Below, one piece after another: positions 11,820 to 25,122 of a DNA stretch of 64,000 bases; within the stretch, counting starts at the first letter, position 1; each line of letters begins with the position of its first letter. The notes under the pieces are model-generated. The model had not been told where the DNA came from. It did not search any database and worked only from the letters and a program-made list of their open reading frames with translations. A program made the position numbers and the translations under genes. Source of the DNA: Mobula hypostoma (Eukaryota); contig NC_086097.1 in assembly GCF_963921235.1 (NCBI RefSeq), forward strand, positions 10,478,001 to 10,542,000. Reading direction: 5' to 3'.

Positions 11820-13810
11820 ATGTAGAAGCAAAAAAGAGGGCATACAACAAAGAAAATATTAGTGGGAAGACAGAGGACTGGGAAGCTTTTAAAAACCTAC
11901 AGAGAGCAACTAAAAGAGTCACTATGAGGGAAAAGATGAAATATGAAAGCAAGCTTGCAAACAATATCAAAGTGGATAGTAAAAACTTTTTCAAGAATGT
12001 AAAAAATAAAAGAGAGATGAGAATGGATATAGGACCACTAGAAAATGAGGCTGGAAAAATAATAATGGAGGACAAGGAGATGGCAGATGAACTAAATGAA
12101 TATTTTGCATCAGTGTTCACTGTGGAAGACAATAGCAGTGTGCCAGATGTTGAAGGCTGTGAAGGAAGAGAAGTGAGTGCAGTTACTATTGCAAAGGAGC
12201 AAGTGCTTACAAAGCTGAATGACCTAAGGGTACATGAGTCACCAAGGCCAGATGAACAGCATCCTAAGGTTCTGAAAGAGGTAGCGGTAGAGATTGCAGA
12301 GGCATTAGTAATGATCTTTCAAAAATCATTGAACTTTGGCATGGTGGACTGGAAAATTACAAATGTCACTCCACTCTAAGAAAGGAGAAAGGCAGCAGAA
12401 AGGAAATTATAGACCAGTTAGCCTGAATTCAGTGGTTGGGAAGATGTTGGAGTCAATTGTTAAGCATGAGGTTATGGAGTACTTGGTGACACAGTACAAG
12501 ATAGGACAGAGTCAGCCTGGTTTCCTTGAGGGAAAATCTTGCCTGACGAATCTTTTGGAATTCTTTGAGGAGATTACAAGTGGGATAGATAAAGGGGATG
12601 CCGTGGATATTGTATATTTGGACTTTCAGAAGGCCTTTAACAAAGTGCCACACATGAGACTGTTTACCATTTTAAGAGCCTATGGTATTACAGGGGAGTT
12701 ACTAGCATGGTTAAAGCATTGGCCGATTTGTAGGAGGCAGCATGTGGGAACTAAAGGATTCTTTTCTGGTTGGCAGCCAGTGGCTAGTGGTGTTCCTCAG
12801 GGGTCAGAGTTGGGACCACTTCTTTTATGCTGTATATCAATAATTCAGATGATTGAATAGATAGCTTTGTTGCCAAGTTTGCAGATGATATGAAGATTGG
12901 TGGAGGGGCAGGTAGTGTTAAGGAGGCATGTAGGCTGCAGAAGGACTTAAACGGATTCGGATAATGTGCAAGAAAGTGGTAAATGAAATACGATGTTGGA
13001 AACTGCATGGGCATGCACTATGGTAGTAAAAATTAATGCCCAGACTATTTTCTCAATGGAGAGAAAATTCAAAAATCTGAGATGCAAAGGGACTTGGGAC
13101 TCTGTAGAACAACCTAAAGATTAGCTTGCATGTAGAGTCGGTGATAAGGAAGGCAAATACAATGTCAGCATTCGTTTCAAGAGGTGTAGAATACAAGAGC
13201 AGGGATATGATGCTGAGGCATTATAAGGCACTGGTGAGGCCTCACCTTGAGAATTGTGAACAACTTTGTGTTTCTCATCTAAAAAAAGATGTGCTGGCAT
13301 TGGAGAGTGTTCAGAGGAAGTTCACAAGGATGATTGTGGGAATGAAGGGGTTATCATATGAGGAACTTTTGATAGCTCTGGGTCTGTACTTGCTGGAATT
13401 TAGAAGGATGAGGGGTGATCTCATTGAAATCTTTCAAATGTTCAAAGACTTAGACATGGTAGATGTGGAAAGGATGTTTCCCATGGCGGGCAAGTCTAGG
13501 ACAAGAGGGCACAGCCTCATGACAGAGGGGCATCCAGTTAAAATAGAGATGTGGAAAAAATCTTCAGCCAGCGGGTGGTGAACTTGTGGAACTTACTACC
13601 ACAGACAGCTGTGGAGGTCAAGTCATTGGGTATATTTAAGACAGAGCTTGATAGGTTCTAGTTTGGACATAGCTCCATAGGTTATGGGGAGAAGGCCAGG
13701 GAGAGAGTCTGAGGAGGGGAAAATAAAGATTCAGCCATGGTTAAATAGTGGAGCAGACTCAGTGGGCCAAATGGCCTACTTCTGCTCCTTCGTCTTATGG
13801 TCTTATGGTC
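11820..13810 (+). mobile_element. CR1 LINE, 5'-truncated, RT region degenerate
   Basis: NYRPVSL, SCLTNLLEFFE, YLDFQKAF, GVPQGS and KFADD motifs. (CTTATGGT)n tail. Flanked by ttatttct on both sides. Confidence 0.9.
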
Positions 13811-14180
13811 TTATTTCTTAGAGGCAGAAGAATGAGGGAAGATTTGATAAAGGTATACAAAATTATGAAGGGTATATATAGGATAAGTGAGCAGGCTGAG
13901 TAGAACTAGAGATCATGGTTTAAGGATGAAAGCTGGAAAGTTTAAGGAGATTATGAGGGGGAACCTCTTCACTCATAAGGTAGTGAGAATGTGGAATGAA
14001 CTGCCAGTGGAGCTGGTAGATGAAGATTCAATTTCAACATTTAAGAGATATTTTGATAGGTAAATGAACGGGAGGGATATGGAGGGCAATGGTCTGGGTG
14101 CATGTTGATGGGACTACGCAGAGTAATAGTTTGGCTGAAGGCCTGTTTCTGTGTTGTAGTATTCTATGATTCTATGTCTC
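13811..14180 (+). mobile_element. Older CR1 3' end (continues 11785-11819)
   Basis: CR1 3' terminal sequence with (ATTCTATG)n tail. Confidence 0.7.
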
Positions 14181-15009
14181 TAACACTATTCGAACGTGTG
14201 CATAAATGCAGAATTAAATTTGCTTAATAGAAGAAAAGGCTATCATATTGAGAGAAAAAAAAATTAGGAACTCAGAAAACTTTCTAAATGGAGTGGCACT
14301 TTCTTACCTGAAGGGCAAGGTAAATTATCAGGAGAGTCAACAGCTCTGATGCAGTTTGATTGGAATGCTCTATCTGCCCCCACACATGCTCTCTGATCAG
14401 ATGAATATTTCCTGCATTCTCTCTTTCAGTGTAATTGGGTATGAGTAAACTTGATAGATGAGAGATGGGAAGAAACGGGGGAAAGTTAATTTCAGGCTTA
14501 ATTCAGCCAAAAGAAGTGCAGCCTTTTGTGATCCCAACAGCCCTCCGTCCCCCGTTCATTTCGTATCCTCGCTCATTCCAGTTTCCCTAACCTGTAGTTT
14601 ATTATTTTAAATGTACACCTTATATACTCATCAAGCATTTAGCTCAATTGTGGTTATATTGGCAAAGAGTCAAGATAATATTACTTACCCTTGCTCTGTA
14701 TTTAGACTGGCATGTTGCCTTATGTTTCAGAGACCAATTAGCAGAGATACCCATTAAGCAATGATTTGTATTCACAGAAAATAACATCAATTTTATTTTG
14801 GCAAAGAAATATTATTATCATCTTCATGCAGGGGATAGATATAATATTTACCAGAAACTCTCCTGAAACATAAACCTCAAGTAACTGTAGGAGGTTTATG
14901 TTCATTTTCAGTTCAATATGGATTTCTTTAAATTAACACATATGTTGGTCATGTTTTCAATAGTACAGACCCATTTATACACACCAGAAAAAAATTGTGT
15001 TTTCAATTT

Positions 15010-15540
15010 AGACAGAATCAGATTCAGAATCAGAATTAGGTGTAATATCAATGGAATATGTCATGAAATTTGCTGTCAATGGCAGCAGTACAAGACAATA
15101 AATAATAATAGAAAAATCATGAATTACAGCAAGTATATATACATATTAAATAAGTAGTGCAAAATGGAAATAAAAAAATAGTGAGGTAATGTTCATTCAG
15201 AAATCGGATGGCAGAGGGGAAGAAGCTGTTCCTGAATCATTGAGTGTGTGCCTTCAGGCTCCTGTACCTCCTTCCTGATGGTAGCAATGAGAACAAGGCA
15301 TGACCTGGGTGATGAGGGTCCTTAATGATGGACGCCAGCTTTTTGAGGCATTGTTCCTTGAAGGTGTCCAGGATATTATGGAGGATAGTGCCCATGATGG
15401 AGCTGAATGTTTACAACTTTCTGCAGCTTATTTTGATCCTGTGCAGTACTTCCACCCCTCACTGATGCAGCCAGTTAGAATGCTCTCCATGCTACAACTG
15501 TAGAAGTTTTTGAGTGTTTTTGGTGACATACATACCAAAT
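15010..15540 (-). mobile_element. Rex1-like 3' fragment (continues at ~17245-17370)
   Basis: Reverse strand resembles 24500-25122 (KNFYSCSMESILTGCI). (TCTGAT)n-type tail. Confidence 0.6.
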
Positions 15541-15552
15541 TTAGAAAAAAAA

Positions 15553-17245
15553 GAAACCATAGAAAAAAACTACAGCACAGAAACAGGCCTTTTGGCCCTT
15601 CTTGGCTGTTCCGAACCATTTTCTGCCTAGTCCCACTGACCTGCACACGGACCATATCCCTCCATACACCTTCCATCCATGTATCTGTCCAATTTATTCT
15701 TAAATGTTAAAAAAGAACCCACATTTACCACCTCGTCTGGCAGCTCATTCCATACTCCCACCACTCTGTGTGAAGAAGCCCCCCCCAATGTTCCCATTAA
15801 ACTTTTCCCCCCTCACCCTAAACCCATGTCCTCTGATTTTTTTCTCCCATTGCCTCAGTGGAAAAAGCCTGCTTGCATTCACTCTATCTATACCCATCAT
15901 AATTTTATATACCTCTATCAAATCTCCCCTCGTTCTTCTACGCTCCAGGGAATAAAGTCCTAACCTACTCAACCTTTCCTTGTAACTGAGTTTCTCAAGT
16001 CCCGGTAACATCCTTGTAAACCTTCTCTGCACTCTTTCAACCTTATTTATATCCTTCCTGAATTGGTGACCAAAACTGAACACAATACTCCAGATTCAGC
16101 CTCACCAATGCCTTATACAACCTCATCATAACATTCCAGCTCTTATACTCAATACTTTGATTAATAAAGGCCAATGTACCAAAAGCTCTCTTTACGACCC
16201 TATCTACCTGTGACGCCACTTTTAGGGAATTTTGTATCTGTATTCCCAGATCCATCTGTTCTATTGCACTCCTCAGTGCCTTACCATTAACCCTGTATGT
16301 TCCACCTTGGTTTGTCCTTCCAACGTGCAATACCTCACACTTGTCTGTATTAAACTCCATCTGCCATTTTTCAGCCCATTTTTCCAGCTGGTCCAAGTCC
16401 CTCTGCAGGCTCTGAAAACCTTCCTCACTGTCTACTACACCTCCAATCTTTGTATCATCAGCAAACTTGCTGATCCAATTTACCACATTATCATCCAGAT
16501 CATTGATATAGATGACATTTAACAATGGACCCAGCACTGATCCCTGTGGCACACCACTAGTCACAGGCCTCCACTCGGAGAAGCAATTCTCTACTACCAC
16601 TCTTTGGCTTCTTCCATTGAGCCAATGTCTAATCCAATTTACCACCTCTCCATGTATACCTAGCGACTGAATTTTCCTAACTAACCTCCCATGCGGGACC
16701 TTGTCAAAGGCCTTACTGAAGTCCATGTAGGCAATATCCACTGCCTTCCCTTCATCCACTTTCCTGGTAACCTCCCCGAAAAACTCCAATAGATTGGTCA
16801 AACATGACCTACCACGCACAAAGCCATGTTGACTCTCCCTAATAAGTCCCTGTCTATCCAAATGCTTGTAGATTCTGTCTCTTAGTACTCCCTCCAATAA
16901 CTTACCTACTACCGACGTTAAACTTACTGGCCTATAATTTCCCGGATTACTTTTCGATCCTTTTTTAAACAACGGAACAACATGAGCCACTCTCCAATCC
17001 TCCGGCACCTCACCTGTAGACAGCGACATTTTAAATATTTCTGCCAGGGCCCCTGCAATTTCAACACTAGTCTCCTTCAAGGTCCGAGGGAACACCCTGT
17101 CAGGTCCCGGGGATTTATCCACTTTAATTTTCCTCAAGACAGCAAGCACCTCCTCCTTTTCAATCTGTACGGTTTCCATGATCTCACTACTTGTTTCCCT
17201 TAATTCTATAGACTTCATGCCGGTTTCCTTAGTAAATACAGATGC
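15553..17245 (-). mobile_element. Young CR1 copy, 5'-truncated
   Basis: 391-aa open RT frame plus a frameshifted C-terminus (15745-16083) and a CR1 3' UTR. Confidence 0.95.
16043..17218 (-). pseudogene. CR1 ORF2 reverse transcriptase domain (partial)
   Basis: [48 protein letters not shown]. Confidence 0.9.
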
Positions 17246-18104
17246 TTCAAACTCCTAATGAAATATAGCCACTGTCATGCTTTCTTTGTAGCTGCATTGA
17301 CATGTTGGATCAGGTTAGATCCTCAAAGATGTTGACACCCAGGAATTTGAAATTGCTCACAATCTCACTCTGTGGTTAAAGTTCTTCAGTGTTTGGTTAT
17401 TGATAGTGCATCTGCTCTGCAAGTAGCAAATATGATTATTTTCCAAATACAGAGTTAGTAACTGCAGTACATTTTGTAAATGTGTGCTGCAGCTATTAAG
17501 TGCAGGTGATATCAGTAATAAAGGCTTCTAGGATGCTGACTGGGGAGCCAGTTAGTGGGTTATGTTGCCTTAGATTATATCTGGCTTCTTTAGCAGCACT
17601 GATCCAGGCTATCACACTCCTAACTGTGGCTTGGAATTGCTGGATTGGTTTTAGAGGGTCAGGAGTTATTTACGGAATATCCAGATTCTGATCTGCAGTG
17701 GTAGCCATGGTATTTATAGGTTGGTCCATTTTAATTTCTGGTTAATGGTGACCGCAATTGTTATTGGTGGAGTGCAATGCAGCAATCATGATACCAATTA
17801 ATGTGAAAAGGTGACTAGAATCTCATATTAGTTATTATCTGACTCTTTTGTGATGCAAATGTCACTTGCCTCTTTAAAGAGGTTAAAAAAGATTGGCTTT
17901 CTTTGCCACATGCACATCAGAACATCAAAACATACGCAGAAGGAGTCATTTGCATCAATGACTAACACATTCAGAGGCTGTGCTGAGAGCAGCCTGCAAG
18001 TGCCACCATGCTTCTGGCACCAACATAGCATGCCCAGAGTCCACTAACAATTGAACACTAATTACTGCACTGTAAAGCATTACACCAAACACCATGCTAA
18101 CAGA

Positions 18105-18345
18105 CCGCAGTAGTGTAGCGGTTAGTATAGTGCTTTACAGCAACAGCAGTTCAGGTTTAATTTCTGCTGCCCTCTGTAACGAGTTGGTACGTTCTTCTCG
18201 TGACTGCTTGGGTTTCCTCCAGGTGCTCTGGTTTCCTCCCATATTCCAAAGTTGATAGGTTAATTGGTCATTGTATATTGTCCCATGATTAGGCTAGGGG
18301 TAAATCTGGGGTTGCTGATCAGCGCAGCTCAAAGGCCCAGAAGGA
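18105..18345 (+). mobile_element. tRNA-derived SINE
   Basis: A-box-like 'tagtgtagcggttag', degenerate B box, and core 'gggtttcctccaggtgctctggtttcctcccatattccaaag'. Confidence 0.7.
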
Positions 18346-18818
18346 GAGATTATAACAATGTCCTGGAGGTGGTATGATTGAACTTCAACAAGCACAACAG
18401 CCATCTACCTTTTTACAGTCTACCACTGTAACCATCAGAGTGATGCCTGTTTACATCGGTTTCATCAAAGCTCCTCAGTGCCTGACTCTGGTTGCTGTGT
18501 TAAATGTCAAGGTCAGCCACTTCTCAGCAACACATCTGAAAATTTGGTTATCTTTGGACCAAAGCCATAATAATGATCTAGATCTGGACCTGAGCGTTCC
18601 CATTGAAACCCAAATTGTCATCGGGGATTAGCTTACAAGTGAGTAAATATGGCGATACAACGCCGTTAATGATAGCTTCTATCATTTTGCTAATGGATGA
18701 GAGAGGATTCAGTAGGAGGTATTAGCTGGAGGCAATTTTTTGTAAAGGGACAAAGTTCCATGTTAGTGCTTCAGACTAGAGGAAAGGAAATGAGAAAATT
18801 AATCAAGAAAATTTAATA

Positions 18819-19330
18819 TACAGTACTGTGCAAAAGTTTTATACACATATATTGCTAGGATGCCTAAGAATTTTGCAGTCGTGTAATTGTCAAAGTGGAA
18901 CGGAAAACATGTTTGTAAATTCGGTGGGAGAAAAGGATGTTGGGAATAGTGAGGGTGGAGCACTGTGGGATGGATATAGGGCCAGGAGTGAGGGTTGGTG
19001 TGGTTGCAGAAACACCCAGCCCTGAGACACGAGGAACGGTCATTTGCTTCTGAACAATTGGTTTATTGATCATTACAGAATGTCTCTCTGATCCTTCCCT
19101 CTCCCTTTCCCTTTTCCCAACCATGATTCCCCTCTCCCTGCCCCCTTCCCACTTTTAATCCACAAAAGAGACCCATATCAGAATCAGGTTTATCTTCACT
19201 CACGTATGTCATGAAATTTGTTTTTATTTTGCAGCAATAGTATAGTGCAATATGTAAACTTACTACAGTACTGTGCAAAAGTCTCAGGCACCCTTGCTAT
19301 ATAGACTATATGTGCCTAAGACTTTTGCAA
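18819..19330. mobile_element. Composite Tc1/mariner-type MITE (copy 1)
   Basis: TACAGTACTGTGCAAAAGT-bounded palindromic modules at both ends. Core homologous to 59763-60142. Confidence 0.7.
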
Positions 19331-19412
19331 GGTCTTGTACTTCTGGCATTAATTAGAGCCATGGAATTGAGCAGTACAGAAACAATCTTCTCAGCCCATT
19401 ACATCCACACCA

Positions 19413-19594
19413 GAGCCACACACACAAAATGCTGGAGGAAATCAGCAGATTGGGCAGCATTCATGGAAATGAATAAACAGCTGGCATTTTGCGCCAAGAA
19501 CCTTTATCAGGACTGGAAGGGGCCTGACCTGCTGAGTTCCTCCAGCATTTTGTGTGTATTGCTCTGAATTTCCAGCATTTGCAGAATCTCGTGT
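19413..19594. mobile_element. Palindromic PLE-derived mini-element
   Basis: Inverted arms 'cacacaaaatgctggagga' / 'tcctccagcattttgtgtg'. Degenerate TSD ttacatccacacca (19399-19412) / ttacgtccatatca (19595-19608). Confidence 0.75.
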
Positions 19595-20283
19595 TTACGT
19601 CCATATCAACCTGTTTGCCCCTCTCCACAATTCTCAACTGCCTGTACAGGTCTGTATCCTTCAAAGTTTTGCCCATTCAAGTGTCTGTCTAAATTTCTCT
19701 TTAAAAAAATAAATGATTGTATACAATCAACCACCTCCTCTGGCAATAAGTTGCAGATATTAACCAGTCTCAGAAAATCCCCCTTAAAGTTCCTCTTTTT
19801 TTTGATATTGTGAAAATGGGAAAAAAAATCTTGCTATCTATCTTATTTTTTGCATCTTATTATTTCACATGCACCTATCAATAACAACCATCACACCACT
19901 CATATCTCTTTCACTTCAGGAAAACAAGCCCAGTCCTTACAATTTTTCCCTTTAACTAAAGACTTCCAATCCACACAACATCCATATCAATTTTCTCAAT
20001 ACTGTCTTTGGTGCAGCAAAATCCTTCCCAGGAAGGTGAGACCTGCACAGAGTGGATGGTTTGCACCTGAACTGGAGGGGGACTCATATCCAGCAGGAGG
20101 GCTTGTTAATGCTACATAGTGGGGTTTAAACTAGAGATTCGGGGGGATGGGAACCAGAATACCAGAACAATTAGTGGAGAGGTTGTGGAGGCTGACGCTG
20201 GTAAGACCTCAGACAAAGTTAGAAATCAAAAGGTTGGGCATGGTGTGACAAAACTGAAAAGAGTGAATACAGGACTGAAAGTG

Positions 20284-20320
20284 CAAACACGAGGAAATCT
20301 GCAGATGCTGGAAATTCAAG
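20284..20320 (-). mobile_element. 37-bp PLE terminal-tip insertion
   Basis: caaacacgaggaaatctgcagatgctggaaattcaag, flanked by caggactgaaagtg (20270-20283) / caggactgcaagtg (20321-20334). Confidence 0.75.
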
Positions 20321-22414
20321 CAGGACTGCAAGTGTTGTAAGCTGAATGTGCACAGTATACAGAATAAGGTAGGTGAACTTACAGCACAGTTGCAGATTGG
20401 CAGCTATGATGTTGTAGGCATCACTGAATCATGGCTAAAAGATTATAGCTGGGAGCCTATTGTCCAAGGATAAATATTGTGTCAAAAGGGAGGGCAGGAA
20501 GGCAGAGGGGGTGGCATTGCTTTGTTGGTAAAAAATGAAATCAAATCATTAGAAGGAGGTGACATAAGGTTGGAAGGTGTTGAATCATTGTGCATAGAGC
20601 TAAGGAACTGCAAGGGTAAAAAGACCCTGATGGGAGTTGTGTACAAACTCACAAAGAGTAGTAAGGGTGTGGCCTACAAATTACAATGGGAGATAGAAAA
20701 TGCATTCCAAATGGACAATGTTACAATAGTCATGGGGGACTTCAATATGCAGGTAGGTTGGAAAAATCAGGTTGGTGCTGGATTACAGGAGGAGGAATTT
20801 ATAGAGTGCCTACAAGGTGGGTTTATAGAGCAGCCCATAATTGAGCACACTAGAGGATCAGCTATTCTGGATTAGGTATTGTACAATGTATCAGAATTTG
20901 TTAGAGAGCTTAAAGAAAAAGAACCCTGAGTAGACAGTGATCATAATGACTGAATTCACTCTGCACTTTGAGAAGGAGATGTTAAAGTCGGATACATCAG
21001 TATTACACTGGAGTAAAGAGAATTACAAAAGCATGAGAGAGGAGTAGGTCAGAATTGATCGGAAAAGATCACTGGCAGGGATGACAGCAGAGCAACAACG
21101 CTGAAATCTCTGAAAGCAATTCAGAAGACACAGGATATATACATCCCAAAGAGGAAGAATTATTCTAAAGGAAAGATGACACAACCATGGCTAAGAAGAG
21201 AAGTCAAAGCCAATATAAAAGCCAAAGAGAGGGCATATAATAGACCAAAAATTAGTGGAAAGTTAGAGGATTGAGAAGCTTTTAAAAACCAACAGAAGAC
21301 AACTAAAAAAGTAACTAAGAAGGTAACTATGGAATACAAAAGTAAGGTAGCCAATAATATTAAAGAGGATACCAAAAGTTTCTTCAGATGCATAAAGTGT
21401 AAAAGTGGGGCAAGAGTGGATATTGGAACACTGGAAAACAATGCTGGAGAGATAGTAATAGGGGATCAACTGAATAAGTATTTTGCATCAGTCTTCAATG
21501 TGGAAGACAGTAGCAGTACTTTGGAAGTTCCAGGTATCAGGATGCAGGAAATGTATAAAGTTAGCATAACTAGATAGAAGTTTCTTAGGAAACTGAAAAG
21601 TCTGCAGTAGATAAGTCACCTGGACCAGATGGTGTACACCCCAGAGTTCTGAAAGAGGTGGCTGAAGGGACTGTGGAGGCAGTAGTAATGATCTTCAAAG
21701 AATCACTAGATTCTGGAATGTTTCTGGAAGACAGAGAAAATGCTAATGTCACTCCACTCTTCGAGAAAGGAAGGAGGCAGGAGAAAGGAAGCTATAGGCC
21801 AGTTAGTCTGACTTCTGTGGTTGGGAAGATGTTGGAGTCGATTATTAAGGATGAGTTCTCAGGGTACTTGGAAGCACATGATAAAAGAGTCTATAGTCAG
21901 CATGGTTTCCTTAAGGGAAAATCTTGCCTGACAAATCTTGGAATTCTTTGAAGAAATAACAAGCAGGATAGACTAAAGAGAATCGCTTGATGTTGTGTAC
22001 TGGAATTTTTAGAAAGTCTTTGACAAGGCTACTTAATAAGCTATGAGCCCATGGTATTACAGGAAATATTCTAGCATGGATAAAGCAGTGTCTGATTGGC
22101 AGGAGGCAAGGAGTGGGAATGAAGTGAACTTTTTCTGGCTGACTGCTGGTGACTAGTAGTGTTCCACAGGGGTGTGTGTTGGGACTGATTATTTTTTCAT
22201 TATATGTCAATGATTTGGATGATGGAATTGATGGCTTTGTTGCAAAATTTGCAGATGATATTAAGATAGCTGGAGGGGCAAGTAGTTTAGACGAAGTAGA
22301 GAGGCTACAGAAGGATTTAGACAGATTAGCAGAATGGGCAAAGAAATGGCAGATGGAATACAATGTTGCAAAGCGTTTGGTCATGCACTTTGATAGAAAT
22401 GTTGACTATTTTCT

Positions 22415-23542
22415 TTTTTTCTTTCAATATTTTCATTAAATTTCATATAGAAGAACAAAATTCATGAGGATACATATTATGAATCAAAAAAATAGAATAG
22501 TACAGAATGCACTATATTTAAATCATAATATTGCAATCACAATACCCCATATTCATAATCAAACAAATGAATTAAATTAAATCATAATAGTTTTATTATA
22601 AAAAAAAATCTAAACCCACTACCAAGATTGAAGCCGTTTGGTAAAGAAAAGAAAGACAAAAAAAAAATCCTTGTCACATAGTGATTTATGTTATCAGCCA
22701 ACATCTGTACTTTAATACCAAATCAAAGGTTTTGAAAATAGTTCAGAAAAGGTCCCCACAGTGTTTGAAAGTCTTGTTTAGAATCAGAAATTGAACAACT
22801 GAACTTCTCTAAATTTAAGCATGACATAACATCAGGTAACCATTGAGAGTGAGTAGGCAGAGCAATATCGTTCCATTTAAGCAGCACCGCCCTCCTAGCC
22901 ACGAGAGAAATAAAGGCTAATACATGCAAATCAGATGTCTCCAAAGTTCTGCCTCTTTCTCCAACAATATGAAACATGGCAGTCAAAGGATTAGGCTTAA
23001 AATTTACTGTAAAAAGTACAGAAAAAGTTTGGAATACTTCCTTCCAGTATTTTTCAAGACTCAGACATTTTCAAAACATATAAATTAATGAAGCCTCTCC
23101 ATTGTTACATCTGTCACAACAGGGAGATATATCCGCATAAAAATGAGATAGCTTGTCTTTGGACATGTAAGCCCTGTGGACCACTTTAAATTGTAGGAGG
23201 GAGTGACAAGCACATTGTGATGAGGTATTAACCAATTTAAAAATTACATTCCAGGTCTCTTCAGAAATTGAAATCTGTAAATCCTGTTCCCAGGCTTTTT
23301 AAAATTTTGTCTAAAGGAGCCTCTCTCATTCCCAACAGCATGCCATAAATATTGGATATTGAGCCATTATGAAAAGGTTTCAAAGTGAAAATTACATCAT
23401 CAGGACTCATCGGAAATGTACGTAATTGAGATTGCAGAAAGTCTCTAGTCTGTAGATATCGAAAAAAGTATTTGGTAAGTTATATTTAACTGGCAATTGC
23501 TCAAAGGAAGAGAGACTCCCTCCAACAAATAAATCTTGGAAG
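22415..23542 (-). mobile_element. L1-clade LINE 3' fragment inserted in CR1
   Basis: Minus strand has a decayed zinc-knuckle region (SPCCDRCNNGEASLIYMF*KC) and ARRAVLLKW. A-rich tail. Perfect 12-bp TSD tgactattttct (22403-22414 / 23543-23554). Confidence 0.85.
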
Positions 23543-24499
23543 TGACTATTTTCTAAATGGAGAGAAAATTCAAAAAAACTAAGGTGTTAAGAGACTTTGT
23601 TTCCCTAAAGGTTAATTTCCAGTTTAAGTGTGTCGTGCGGTGTGTGGTGAGGAAGGTGAATGCAATCTTAGCATTCATTTCAAGAGGACTAGAATATTAA
23701 AGCAAGGATGTAATGGTGAGACTTTATAAAGCACTGGAAAGGCCTCATGTGGGCTATTGTGAGCAGTTTTGACTCCTTAGCTTAGAAAGGATGTGCTGAA
23801 ACTGGCGAGGGTTCAGAGAAGGTTCCAGAAAATGTCTAGGATTGAATGGCGTCACATATAGAGCATCGGATGGCTTTGGGCCTGTATTTACTAGAATTCT
23901 GAAGAATGAAGGGTGACCTCATTGGATGGTTAAAGGCCTTGATAGAGTGGATGTGGAAAGGATGTTTCCTATGGTGGGAGAGTCTAAGAACAGAGGACAC
24001 AGCCTCAGAATAGAGGGTCATCCTATTATGATGGAGATGAGGAGGAATTTCTAAAGCCAGAGACTGATGAGTATGTGGAATTCTTTCCCACAGGCAGCTG
24101 TGGAGGCCAAGTCTTTATGTATATTTAAAACAGAAGTTGATAGATTCTTGATTGGTCAAAGCATGAAGGGATATGGGGAAAAATCAGATCAGCCATGATG
24201 AAAGGGCAAAGCAGATGCGATGGTCCACGTGGCTTAATTCTGCTCCTATATATTATGGTTTTATGGTCTTCCAATATTATGATGAACAGAGTTGCACACA
24301 ATAATCCAGATACAGTCTAAGGGGTGTTTTGTAAGACAATTTTCTGAAAATACAACTTTTGATTCTCAATATTATTACAGAGATTAATAATAGAGCATCC
24401 TGCAGGTGTAATGAATCATTGGGCTTTGCTGGTATATATTTTACTAATTGAAGTTCACTTCATCGAAGGAAAGGTTTACATGTGCAAAATGTTTCTGAC

Positions 24500-25122
24500 C
24501 ATCTAAAACTTTGACAAACTTCTATAGATGTGAGGTGGAGAATATATTGACTGGTCATCACGGCCTGGCATGGGAACACCAATGCCCTTGAGTAGAAAAT
24601 CTGACAAAACTAGTGGATAAGGCACAGTCCATCATGGGTAAAGCCCTGCTCTCCACTGAGAACATTTACACAGAGCGCCTTTGCAAGAAAGCAGGATTCA
24701 TTATTCAGGATCCAACTATCTTCTCATTGCTGCCATTAAGAAAAAGGTACAGGAGCCTCAGGACATATACCACCAGGTTCAGGAACAGTTACTACCCCTC
24801 AATCATCAGGCTCCTGAACAAAAGGGAATAACTTCCCTGAACTTCACTTGCCCCATCACTGAACTATTTTAACAACATATGGACTGTGTCAAGGACCCTT
24901 CATCTCATGTTCTCAATATTTACTGATCCTTTTTCTTTTGTATTTGCACAGTTTGATGTCGTTTGCCCATTGGTTGTGTGTGTCTGTCCTGTTGACTGGG
25001 GTTTTTCATTGATTCTATTGTGTTTCTTGGATTTACTCTACATGCCTGCAAGAAAATTAATTTCAGGGCTGTATATGGTGACGTATATGTACTTTGATAA
25101 TAAATTCACTTTGAACTTTGAG
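24500..25122 (+). mobile_element. Rex1-like 3' fragment
   Basis: RYRSLRTYTTRFRNSYYPSIIRLLN. AATAAA plus (ACTTTGA)n tail. Confidence 0.7.

Larger units (their letters stand above)
20015..24270 (+). mobile_element. Degenerate near-complete CR1 (ORF1 end, APE, RT, 3' UTR)
   Basis: Esterase-end 'DGLHLN' near 20050, APE motifs GGGIALLV and VMGDFN, RT motifs YRPVSLTS and KFADD. Interrupted by a PLE tip and an L1. Confidence 0.85.

Noticed and set aside
14640..14800. Minus-strand donor GG/gtaagt at ~14690 as an exon end, or a conserved non-coding element
   Set aside because: No convincing acceptor or ORF upstream, and conservation cannot be judged from one sequence.
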